Of a stretch of 64,000 nucleotides of DNA, positions 36,869-44,418 are shown piece by piece. Position numbers and translations under genes: made by a program. The number at the start of each line of letters is the position of its first letter. Position 1 is the stretch's first letter. Where the stretch lies: positions 842 to 64,841 of the forward strand of contig JBQTHC010000006.1 in the NCBI GenBank assembly GCA_052390255.1, given 5' to 3'. The stretch comes from Microthrixaceae bacterium. Lineage in GTDB: Bacteria; Actinomycetota; Acidimicrobiia; Acidimicrobiales; VFJN01. The notes under the pieces are model-generated. The model worked only from the letters and a program-made list of their open reading frames with translations, had not been told where the DNA came from and did no database searches.

Positions 36869-38258
36869 TCGAGGGTTGCAGCTGGCGGACCTCCGCCAGA
36901 TCCATGTCACGAACGTCGGTGGCGCGGGGATGAGCGCGGTCGCCACGCTCCTCGCCGAGATGGGCCACCGCGTGAGCGGTCACGAGCCTGCCGAGGACAC
37001 TCCGTTCCTGCCGCCGCTTCGAGCGCTCGGGGTGAGCGTCACGACGGGGGAGCCACCCGGCGACCTCGATGCCGAGGTGGATCTCGTCGTGGTCTCCACG
37101 GCCACCCCGATCGACCATGCACAGGTGCTGGCCGCTGAGCGCGCCGGCATCGCCGTCGTGCATCGGTCCGCTGCGCTCGCGGCGATCTGCGCGACCCGCC
37201 GAGTCCTCGCCATCGCTGGCACCCACGGCAAGACCACGACGTCGGCGTTGGTCGCCACCGTCCTCGACGCGGCCGGTCGCTCGCCGGGGTGGGTCATCGG
37301 CGCCGCGGTCTCGGGCCTCGGCTCGAGCGCTTGCTGGGGCGGCAGCGGGCCGCTCGTGGTGGAGGCCGACGAGAGCGACGGCACGTTCCTCGCGCTCGGC
37401 GCCCACGCCGCGATCGTGACCAACGTGGAGGCCGACCACCTCGAGCACTGGGGGAGCGAGGAGGCGCTGCGCGAGGCCTTCGGCGCGTTCGTGTCTGCGC
37501 TCGAGGGCCCAGCCGTCCTGTGCCTCGACGATCCCGGATCGGCGGCGCTGGCCCCGCTCGCGAGTCACCCCGTGACCTACGGGACCTCCCACGCGAGCGA
37601 CTATCGCATCGTCGATGTCACCGCGGTGGGGACCGGTGTGGGCTTCGAGCTCCATCACCACGAGGACTCGGTTCACGTGACCGTTCCCTCGGCGCCGGGC
37701 ATCCACAACGCACGGAACGCAGCCGCCGCGATCGCGCTCGCCAGCGAGCTCGGGCTGTCGATGGACGAGGCCGCGTCCGCACTGAGCGCATTCCGCGGGG
37801 TTGCGCGGCGCTTCGAGGCGCGCGGGGAGGCGCGGGGCATCGCCCTCGTGGACAGCTACGACCATCTGCCCACCGAGGTCGCCGCCGCGCTCGCCGCCGC
37901 GAAGGCTGGGGCATGGGAGCGGGTCGTGTGCTGCTTCCAGCCGCACCGCTTCAGCCGCACCGAAGCCCTGTGGCGCACGTTCGCCGACGCGTTCGTCGAC
38001 GCCGACGTGCTCGTGGTCACGGACGTCTATCCCGCCGGCGAGGCGCCTCGGCCGGGGGTGAGCGGCAAGCTGATCGTCGACGCGGTCCTCGACGCGCACC
38101 CCACTCGTCACGTGGCGTGGATGCCAGAGATCAAGGACGCGGTGGCCTATCTGGCAGGGGCCCTGCGTCCCGGCGACCTGTGCATCACCCTTGGTGCAGG
38201 TGACCTCACGAACGTGCCTGACGATCTGTTGCCGCGGCTCGCGGCTCGGCGGACGTGA
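36861..38258 (+). CDS. murC: UDP-N-acetylmuramate--L-alanine ligase
   Basis: VGGAGMSA and AGTHGKTTT motifs. GTG 36861 overlaps the murG stop by 8 nt. Confidence 0.9.
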   Translation: MSDRGLQLADLRQIHVTNVGGAGMSAVATLLAEMGHRVSGHEPAEDTPFLPPLRALGVSVTTGEPPGDLDAEVDLVVVSTATPIDHAQVLAAERAGIAVVHRSAALAAICATRRVLAIAGTHGKTTTSALVATVLDAAGRSPGWVIGAAVSGLGSSACWGGSGPLVVEADESDGTFLALGAHAAIVTNVEADHLEHWGSEEALREAFGAFVSALEGPAVLCLDDPGSAALAPLASHPVTYGTSHASDYRIVDVTAVGTGVGFELHHHEDSVHVTVPSAPGIHNARNAAAAIALASELGLSMDEAASALSAFRGVARRFEARGEARGIALVDSYDHLPTEVAAALAAAKAGAWERVVCCFQPHRFSRTEALWRTFADAFVDADVLVVTDVYPAGEAPRPGVSGKLIVDAVLDAHPTRHVAWMPEIKDAVAYLAGALRPGDLCITLGAGDLTNVPDDLLPRLAARRT

Positions 38259-39190
38259 GCAGCGCCGACACGATCGAGGCCGCGGCGCTCCTGCTCGGCG
38301 ATCGCGCGGTGCGCGATGTCCCGCTCGGCGCACGCACGACCTACCGCGTCGGCGGCCCTGCCGCGCTGTTCGTGGAGGTCGGCGACGACGCTGACCTGGC
38401 GGCGGTCTGCGCGTGCGTGCGCGCAACCGGCATCGAGGTGCTGGTCGTCGGGAACGGCTCGAACCTCCTCGTCGCCGACCGAGGGTTCGCGGGTCTCGCG
38501 ATCGCGCTGCGCGCGCGTTTCGAGGTCGTCGACATCGATGGGACGAAGGTCCGTGCGGGTGCGGCGGCGCTGCTGCCGGTGGTGGCGCGCCGCACCGTGG
38601 CGGCCGCGCTGACTGGCTTCGAGTGGGCCGTGGGCGTGCCGGGCTCCATCGGCGGCGCGGTCCGCATGAACGCCGGCGGCCACGGTGCCGACATGGCCGC
38701 GTCGCTGGTCGGGGTCCGCGTCGTGGACCTTCGCACCGGGGAGGATGGAGACGTGCCCGCACCTGCGCTCGAGCTCGGCTATCGGCACTCCGCGCTCACG
38801 GCGCACCAGCTCGTGGTGAGTGCGGACCTCGCGCTCCACCCCGGCGACCCGGCCGAGGGGGCGCGAGCGCTGGCCGAGATCGTTGCGTGGCGCCGGGCCA
38901 ACCAGCCCGGCGGCCCCAACGCAGGGTCGGTGTTCACGAATCCCGAAGGCGATTCCGCCGGCCGGCTCATCGAGGCGGCCGGCGCGAAGGGGCTACGGCT
39001 GGGCTCCGCCTCCGTGTCCGAGAAGCATGCGAACTTCATCCAGGCGGACCCGGGCGGACGGGCCGACGACGTGCACGCGCTCATGCTGGCGGTGGCGGCT
39101 CGGGTGGAGGCTGCCACGGGGATCGTGCTGCGCCCCGAGACCCATCTGGTGGGCTTCGGCCCAGACCCTCGATCAGAGGTCGAGGGTTGA
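38255..39190 (+). CDS. murB: UDP-N-acetylenolpyruvoylglucosamine reductase
   Basis: TTYRVGGPA, VVGNGSNLLV and GSVFTNP motifs. GTG 38255 overlaps the murC stop (GTGA). Confidence 0.9.
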   Translation: MSSADTIEAAALLLGDRAVRDVPLGARTTYRVGGPAALFVEVGDDADLAAVCACVRATGIEVLVVGNGSNLLVADRGFAGLAIALRARFEVVDIDGTKVRAGAAALLPVVARRTVAAALTGFEWAVGVPGSIGGAVRMNAGGHGADMAASLVGVRVVDLRTGEDGDVPAPALELGYRHSALTAHQLVVSADLALHPGDPAEGARALAEIVAWRRANQPGGPNAGSVFTNPEGDSAGRLIEAAGAKGLRLGSASVSEKHANFIQADPGGRADDVHALMLAVAARVEAATGIVLRPETHLVGFGPDPRSEVEG

Positions 39191-39996
39191 TCGTGGTGGA
39201 CGGCCCGATCTCCACGCTCGAGCGCGAGACCGCCTCGAGCGCGCCGATCGACCCTCGGATCCGCGCGCGGCGCATCGAGGTGCGCCGGGACGCAGGTCGC
39301 CGCCGCCTGGCGCGCCTCGTGGACGTCGGGCTCGTCTCGGCCGTCGCGCTGGCGTTCGTCGGGGCGCTGTGGACCCCGCTGCTCGATGTGGACACCGTCC
39401 GGGTCACCGGTGCCGACCACAGCGATCCCGTCGTGGTGTCCGAGCGCTCGGGCATCCGCGTGGGGGATCGACTTGCCTCCCTGGACCTGCATGCAGCGGG
39501 GTCTCGGGTCGCGGCCTTGCCGTGGGTGCGGAGCGTGTCGCTGCACCGAAGGGTCGACGGTGTCGTGTCGATCGTGGTGCGGGAGCGCACCGCCGTGGCG
39601 ATCGTGGCGGGAGCCGATGCCGCGGTGGCGGTGGACGCGGAAGGGCGGGTCCTCGGCCCGGCGCAGGGACTGCCCGGCGGGATGATCACGCTGACCGACG
39701 CGGGCACGCCTCCTGCTCCTGGGGGGTTCCTCGAGGGTGATCAGACCGACGCCCTCCGGCTCGCCGCGCGGCTGATGGCCGACGCACCCGGCACGGTTGC
39801 CTCCCTCACAGCTGACAACCTCACCGGCGCGCTCACCTCCGGTGGCTCGGTCCGCTTCGGGGACCTGCGCCAGCTCGACGCGAAGCTGCGGTCGCTGCGC
39901 ACGATGCTCGACCAGGTCGACCTGCGCTGCCTCGCGGTGATGGACCTCCGGCTGCCCGGCAGTCCGGTATTGACCCGGGAGGAAGGGTGCTCGTAG
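39187..39996 (+). CDS. ftsQ: cell-division protein FtsQ/DivIB-like
   Basis: Positional call. It has a basic N-terminus, a single TM (LVSAVALAFVGALW), and a POTRA-like region (VDTVRVTGADHS...). The start is TTG 39187 (TTGA overlap) or GTG 39193. Confidence 0.7.
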   Translation: MIVVDGPISTLERETASSAPIDPRIRARRIEVRRDAGRRRLARLVDVGLVSAVALAFVGALWTPLLDVDTVRVTGADHSDPVVVSERSGIRVGDRLASLDLHAAGSRVAALPWVRSVSLHRRVDGVVSIVVRERTAVAIVAGADAAVAVDAEGRVLGPAQGLPGGMITLTDAGTPPAPGGFLEGDQTDALRLAARLMADAPGTVASLTADNLTGALTSGGSVRFGDLRQLDAKLRSLRTMLDQVDLRCLAVMDLRLPGSPVLTREEGCS

Positions 39997-40049
39997 CCTC
40001 TCGACCGAACCAAGAGGTCAAGCGTTGTCTCGACCTCGACTCAACCTTG

Positions 40050-40078
40050 AGGCCGGGCCCCGCCGTGGTGCCCGGCCT
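40050..40078 (+). promoter_or_regulatory. GC-rich hairpin in the ftsQ-ftsZ spacer (9-bp perfect stem AGGCCGGGC/GCCCGGCCT, 11-nt loop)
   Basis: Read directly from the sequence. No U-tract follows. It lies 45 nt upstream of the ftsZ start. Confidence 0.5.
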
Positions 40079-40122
40079 TGCGCGCATCCCGTCGTGATCC
40101 TCTGATGGAGGTAGGCACACCC

Positions 40123-41196
40123 ATGGTCGGCAACCCGCAGAACTACCTGGCGGTCATCAAGGTCGTCGGCATCGGCGGCGGCGTGAACGCGGTGAACCGG
40201 ATGATCGACGCCGGCCTGAAGGGCGTCGAGTTCATCGCGATCAACACCGACGCGCAGGCGCTCCTGATGAGCGATGCCGACGTGAAGCTCGACATCGGTC
40301 GCGAGCTCACCCGTGGGCTTGGCGCGGGCTCCGATCCAGAGGTCGGCCGGCAGGCGTCCGAAGAGCATCGCGAGGAGATCGAGGAGGTGCTGAAGGGCGC
40401 CGACATGGTCTTCATCACCGCGGGCAAGGGCGGCGGCACGGGCACCGGCGGCGCACCCGTCGTTGCCGAGATGGCGAAGAGCCTGGGCGCGCTCACGATC
40501 GGCGTCGTGACCCGCCCGTTCGCCTTCGAGGGGCGTCGCCGGTCCGTGCAGGCCGAGCAGGGCATCCAGCGCCTCAAGGAGAAGGTCGACACCCTCATCG
40601 TCATCCCGAACGACCGCCTGATCACCGTGTCGAACGACAAGACCTCGATGCTCAACGCCTTCAAGATGGCCGACGAAGTTCTGCTCCAGGGCGTGCAGGG
40701 CATCACGGACCTCATCACCACCCCAGGCCTCATCAACACCGACTTCGCCGATGTGAAGATGATCATGAGCAACGCCGGGAGCGCACTCATGGGCATCGGG
40801 TACGCGAGCGGTGAGGGCCGTGCGCTCAACGCCGCGCGCGGTGCCATCTCGAGCCCGCTGCTCGAAGCGTCGATCGAGGGTGCGCGAGGCATCCTGCTCA
40901 CGATCGCGGGCGGCAGCGATCTCGGCCTCTACGAGGTCAACGAGGCGGCGGAGATCATCCACGGCGTGGCCCACCCCGATGCGAACATCATCTTCGGCAC
41001 CGTGATCGACGACGACATGGGTGACGAGGTCCGCGTCACCGTCATCGCGGCCGGCTTCGATCGCTGGGACGACAAGAAGAGCTCGCCACGCGTCGGCACC
41101 GACAGCTCCGCCGCGAGCGTGTTCGGCGACGACGGCGACGACGACCTCGACCTCGAGGGCGACGACGACTTCGACGTCCCGTCGTTCCTCAAGTAG
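40123..41196 (+). CDS. ftsZ: cell-division GTPase FtsZ
   Basis: [19 protein letters not shown]-type N-terminus and the tubulin signature [15 protein letters not shown] at 40107-40111 precedes ATG 40123, with ATG 40105 as an alternative. Confidence 0.95.
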   Translation: MVGNPQNYLAVIKVVGIGGGVNAVNRMIDAGLKGVEFIAINTDAQALLMSDADVKLDIGRELTRGLGAGSDPEVGRQASEEHREEIEEVLKGADMVFITAGKGGGTGTGGAPVVAEMAKSLGALTIGVVTRPFAFEGRRRSVQAEQGIQRLKEKVDTLIVIPNDRLITVSNDKTSMLNAFKMADEVLLQGVQGITDLITTPGLINTDFADVKMIMSNAGSALMGIGYASGEGRALNAARGAISSPLLEASIEGARGILLTIAGGSDLGLYEVNEAAEIIHGVAHPDANIIFGTVIDDDMGDEVRVTVIAAGFDRWDDKKSSPRVGTDSSAASVFGDDGDDDLDLEGDDDFDVPSFLK

Positions 41197-41206
41197 CACC
41201 TCCCTC

Positions 41207-41233
41207 GCCCGGCTTCGCCTGGACGAGCCGGGC
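41207..41233 (+). terminator. hairpin 10 nt after the ftsZ stop (8-bp stem GCCCGGCT/AGCCGGGC, 11-nt loop)
   Basis: Read directly from the sequence. No U-tract follows, so it is at best a partial terminator or an RNA-stability element. Confidence 0.35.
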
Positions 41234-41273
41234 CGACGGCGACCTCTCCGGTGATCTGCGCGCCGCGCCGCCC

Positions 41274-41843
41274 ATGATCCTGCCCGACACGCCGCGCCCC
41301 TGGACGTGGTTGCAGCAGGTCCACCGCGCGCACGCAGTCGTGGTGGAGCGGCCCGGACAGCACGCGGGGGTGGAGGCCGACGCCGCCGTCACCGCCACGC
41401 CCGGCTGCAGCATCGCGGTCCGGACGGCCGACTGCGCCCCGGTGGTGCTCGTGAGCGCGCACGCGGTGGGAGTGGTGCACGCCGGGTGGCGCGGCCTCCT
41501 CGAGGGCGTGATCGCCAATGCGCTCGATGCCCTCCGGACCCTCGACGACGGCCCGGTGTCGGCGCACCTCGGCCCGTGCATCCGCGCCGGCTGCTACGAG
41601 TTCGCTGCGCCGGAGCTCGACGCGATGACCGCGCGCTTCGGTGCCGACGTGGCAGCGACCACGTCGTGGGGCACGCCCGCGCTCGACCTGCCCGCGGCTG
41701 TAGCCGCGGCGCTTCGCGACGCCGGAGTCGACGGCCTTCACGACGACGCAGGGTGCACCGCCTGCGACCGTCGCTGGTACAGCCACCGCGCTCGGGGCGA
41801 GCCGCAGCGCTTCGCGACCGTCGCCTGGATCCCGTCGCCATGA
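41274..41843 (+). CDS. pgeF: YfiH/PgeF-family (purine nucleoside phosphorylase / peptidoglycan editing factor) protein
   Basis: WLQQVH, RTADCAPV, VHAGWRG and YSHRA motifs. The first canonical start is ATG 41274, but the frame is open back to 41025 (see findings). Confidence 0.75.
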   Translation: MILPDTPRPWTWLQQVHRAHAVVVERPGQHAGVEADAAVTATPGCSIAVRTADCAPVVLVSAHAVGVVHAGWRGLLEGVIANALDALRTLDDGPVSAHLGPCIRAGCYEFAAPELDAMTARFGADVAATTSWGTPALDLPAAVAAALRDAGVDGLHDDAGCTACDRRWYSHRARGEPQRFATVAWIPSP

Positions 41844-42523
41844 CGCAGTCGTTCGAGGACGAAGCGCGGCAGCAGGATCTCCACGCCCGCTGGACGAGGA
41901 TCTGCGAGCGCATCGCCGCCGCCGGCGGTGATCCGAGCGAGGTGCGGCTGATCGCAGTCACCAAGGGGCAGCCGGTTCGTGCTGCGCTGGCCGCAGTCCA
42001 CGAGGGTCTCGCGGATCTCGGCGAGAGCTATGCACAGGAGATGGTCGAGAAGGCCGAGCACGTCTCGGACGCGCGATGGCACTTCATCGGAAGGCTTCAG
42101 CGCAACAAGGTGCGAGCGCTCGCGCCCTACGTGCACCTCTGGCAGTCGGTCGACCGGCTGTCCCTGGCGGCGGAGATCGCGCACCGAGCGCCCGGTGCGG
42201 CCGTGCTCGTGCAGGTCAACGTGGCAGGAGACGAGCACCAGGGTGGCTGTCCGCCGGCGCGCGCCAGCGCAGTGGTGGAGGGATGCCGGGACCTCGGTCT
42301 CGACGTGCGCGGGCTGATGGCGATCGGCGCGCAAGGCTCGTCGGACGAGGTCCAGGGCGGGTTCCGCGTCCTCCGTGACCTCGCGGACCGCCTCGAGCTC
42401 ATCGAGCGATCGATGGGGATGAGCGGGGACCTGGAGCAGGCCGTGGCCGAGGGAGCCACGATGGTTCGAGTCGGATCTGCGCTCTTCGGTCCCCGTGGGG
42501 GTCCGTCGCCCGTGGGAAAGTAA
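41840..42523 (+). CDS. yggS: YggS/YlmE-family pyridoxal-phosphate homeostasis protein
   Basis: LIAVTKGQP (PLP lysine), HFIGRLQRNK and SMGMSGD motifs. ATG 41840 overlaps the pgeF stop (ATGA). Confidence 0.9.
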   Translation: MTQSFEDEARQQDLHARWTRICERIAAAGGDPSEVRLIAVTKGQPVRAALAAVHEGLADLGESYAQEMVEKAEHVSDARWHFIGRLQRNKVRALAPYVHLWQSVDRLSLAAEIAHRAPGAAVLVQVNVAGDEHQGGCPPARASAVVEGCRDLGLDVRGLMAIGAQGSSDEVQGGFRVLRDLADRLELIERSMGMSGDLEQAVAEGATMVRVGSALFGPRGGPSPVGK

Positions 42524-42546
42524 GGTGCGATGCCCAGGAGGAACCG

Positions 42547-43113
42547 ATGACATCGATGTTGCGTAGGGCGATGCTCTACCTCGGGCTCGGCCCTGACGAC
42601 GAGTACGACGACGACTACGCCGTCGAGGATCCGCGGTCGGTTCCCGCGCGAGCGGGGGCACCCTCGCCGAGCCGCTACCCGGTCGGTCGCGAGGTGGATC
42701 GCGAACCAGAGGTCAGCCCCTCCAGCTCCGTGCGCACGATCGGTGGCCAGGCCGTGCGTCCGCAGCCGGCTGGCGACGGCGGTGACCCGAGCGCTCGGCC
42801 GCGCACCGCGGTCGTGCGCCCCCTGCAACCCATGGCGTCGGCGAAGCCGTACGTGGTGGCCCCCACGTCCTTCAACAACGCGCAGGAGGTGGCCGACAAG
42901 CTCAAGGTCAACCAGCCGGTCATCGTCAACCTGCAGAACGTCGACCGCGACCTCTCTCGACGCATCATCGACTTCGCGTCAGGGCTCTGCTACGGCATCG
43001 GCGGTCAGATGGAGCGCGTGGCCAACCAGGTTTTCCTCCTCAGCCCGTCGAACGTCGAGGTCTCCGCCGAGGAGCGTCGGCGCCTCGAGGAGCACGGGTA
43101 CCACGAGGCCTGA
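42547..43113 (+). CDS. sepF: cell-division protein SepF
   Basis: N-terminal amphipathic MLRRAMLYLGL helix. The C-terminal domain is SFNNAQEVADKLKVNQPVIVNL...RIIDFASGL...VFLLSPSNV. AGGAGG lies 6 nt upstream. Confidence 0.9.
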   Translation: MTSMLRRAMLYLGLGPDDEYDDDYAVEDPRSVPARAGAPSPSRYPVGREVDREPEVSPSSSVRTIGGQAVRPQPAGDGGDPSARPRTAVVRPLQPMASAKPYVVAPTSFNNAQEVADKLKVNQPVIVNLQNVDRDLSRRIIDFASGLCYGIGGQMERVANQVFLLSPSNVEVSAEERRRLEEHGYHEA

Positions 43114-43118
43114 TCCCA

Positions 43119-43364
43119 CTGAACGCGATCTGCACGCTCCTCAACCTCTACTCGCTGCTGATCTTCGTTCGGATCATCATGTCGTGGATCCGGATCGATC
43201 CGGGTTCGTCCGTGGCGAGCATCTACTCCGTCGTGTTCAACCTGACCGAGCCCGTCCTCGGGCCGCTGCGCCGAGCGATCCCGCCGGTGCGCCTGGGGAT
43301 GGCTGCGCTCGACCTCTCGCCGATCATCGTGTTCGTCGGGATCCGGCTCATCTGCGGGGGATGA
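43119..43364 (+). CDS. yggT: YggT/YlmG-family membrane protein
   Basis: IMSWI...LTEPVLGPLRRAIPPV...LDLSPII motifs. The first TM helix (LNAICTLLNLYSLLIFVRII) is encoded in-frame upstream of the only canonical start (ATG 43179). CTG 43119 is therefore a tentative start, with GAGG at 43105-43108. Confidence 0.65.
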   Translation: MNAICTLLNLYSLLIFVRIIMSWIRIDPGSSVASIYSVVFNLTEPVLGPLRRAIPPVRLGMAALDLSPIIVFVGIRLICGG

Positions 43365-43413
43365 TTCCCGAGCGTTCGCAGGGCCTCCGTTCGCGATGGC
43401 TACCATCGAACCC

Positions 43414-44313
43414 ATGGATGTGACTCCCCAGCTTCTCCACGATGTCGAGTTCCGCGAAGCGAAGAGGGGCGGGTACAACACCCAAGACGTCGACGAGTTC
43501 CTGGAGCGCCTCGCGGTCGGCCTCGAGCGCCAGGACGCGGCGCTGAAGGAGGCGCGACAGCGGCTCGAGGCGGCCGAGACGCGTGCCGCTGACGCGGAGC
43601 GTCGGGCGTCGCAGTTCTCCGAGGCGTCCGCCTCCGAGGAGACGATCAAGCGCACCCTCGTGCTCGCGCAGCGCACCGCCGATGCTGCGATCCGCGAGGC
43701 CGAAGAGGAGGCGGCCCGCACGCTGTCGAGCGCGCGAGCCGAGAGCGAGCGGCTGCTCAGCGAGGCGCAGCAGTCGTCTGCTCGAGCGCACGCCGAGGCG
43801 GAGGCCGAGGCGCGCGCGGCTCATGAGGAGGCGCAGGCGAAGGTCCTGGGGGAGATGCACGACCTCGAGGCGTTCCGCGACCGCCTCCACGAGGACGTCG
43901 AGGTCCTCGAGCGCCACCTCGAAGAGCAGCGCGAGCGCGTGCGGCGAACCGTCGAGGAGCTGCATCGGATCCTCGACGACCCGGAGTCGCTGTACCCCAC
44001 CGAGCCGCCGGTCGTGAGCGACCTCGTCACACCGCACGACGACGACGCCTCCGTCGATGACGACCCGGTCGACTGGGCACCCGATGAGGATCTGTGGGAA
44101 GAGTCGGCGATCGTGGATCTCGATGACGGACCGGCGACCGAAGCGGTCGACGTGCTCGCGGACAGCGAGGAAGACGACGATGCGTACCTGAGCGAGCTGC
44201 GCAAGGCGATGACCGACGACACGCCATTGGGTCCGCGAGATGACGCACTCGACGCGGAGCTCTTCGAGCCGGCACCCGAACCGGAGCGATCGCGCTTCGG
44301 GCGGCGTCGGTAG
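43414..44313 (+). CDS. divIVA: DivIVA/Wag31-family polar scaffold protein
   Basis: MDVTPQLLHDVEFREAKRGGYNTQDVDEFLERL N-terminus followed by a long coiled coil. ATG 43414 matches the family N-terminus (M-x-x-T-P) and has TACCAT 7 nt upstream. ATG 43396 is an alternative. Confidence 0.85.
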   Translation: MDVTPQLLHDVEFREAKRGGYNTQDVDEFLERLAVGLERQDAALKEARQRLEAAETRAADAERRASQFSEASASEETIKRTLVLAQRTADAAIREAEEEAARTLSSARAESERLLSEAQQSSARAHAEAEAEARAAHEEAQAKVLGEMHDLEAFRDRLHEDVEVLERHLEEQRERVRRTVEELHRILDDPESLYPTEPPVVSDLVTPHDDDASVDDDPVDWAPDEDLWEESAIVDLDDGPATEAVDVLADSEEDDDAYLSELRKAMTDDTPLGPRDDALDAELFEPAPEPERSRFGRRR

Positions 44314-44418
44314 CGCGGCGAGCGCAAACCGCACCTAAGCCGCCATTCGACGGCCCGAGGGCCGCGATGCCTAGGATGTCCCATCCTGTTCACCCCCCGA
44401 CGGGAAGGGACCCTTGTC

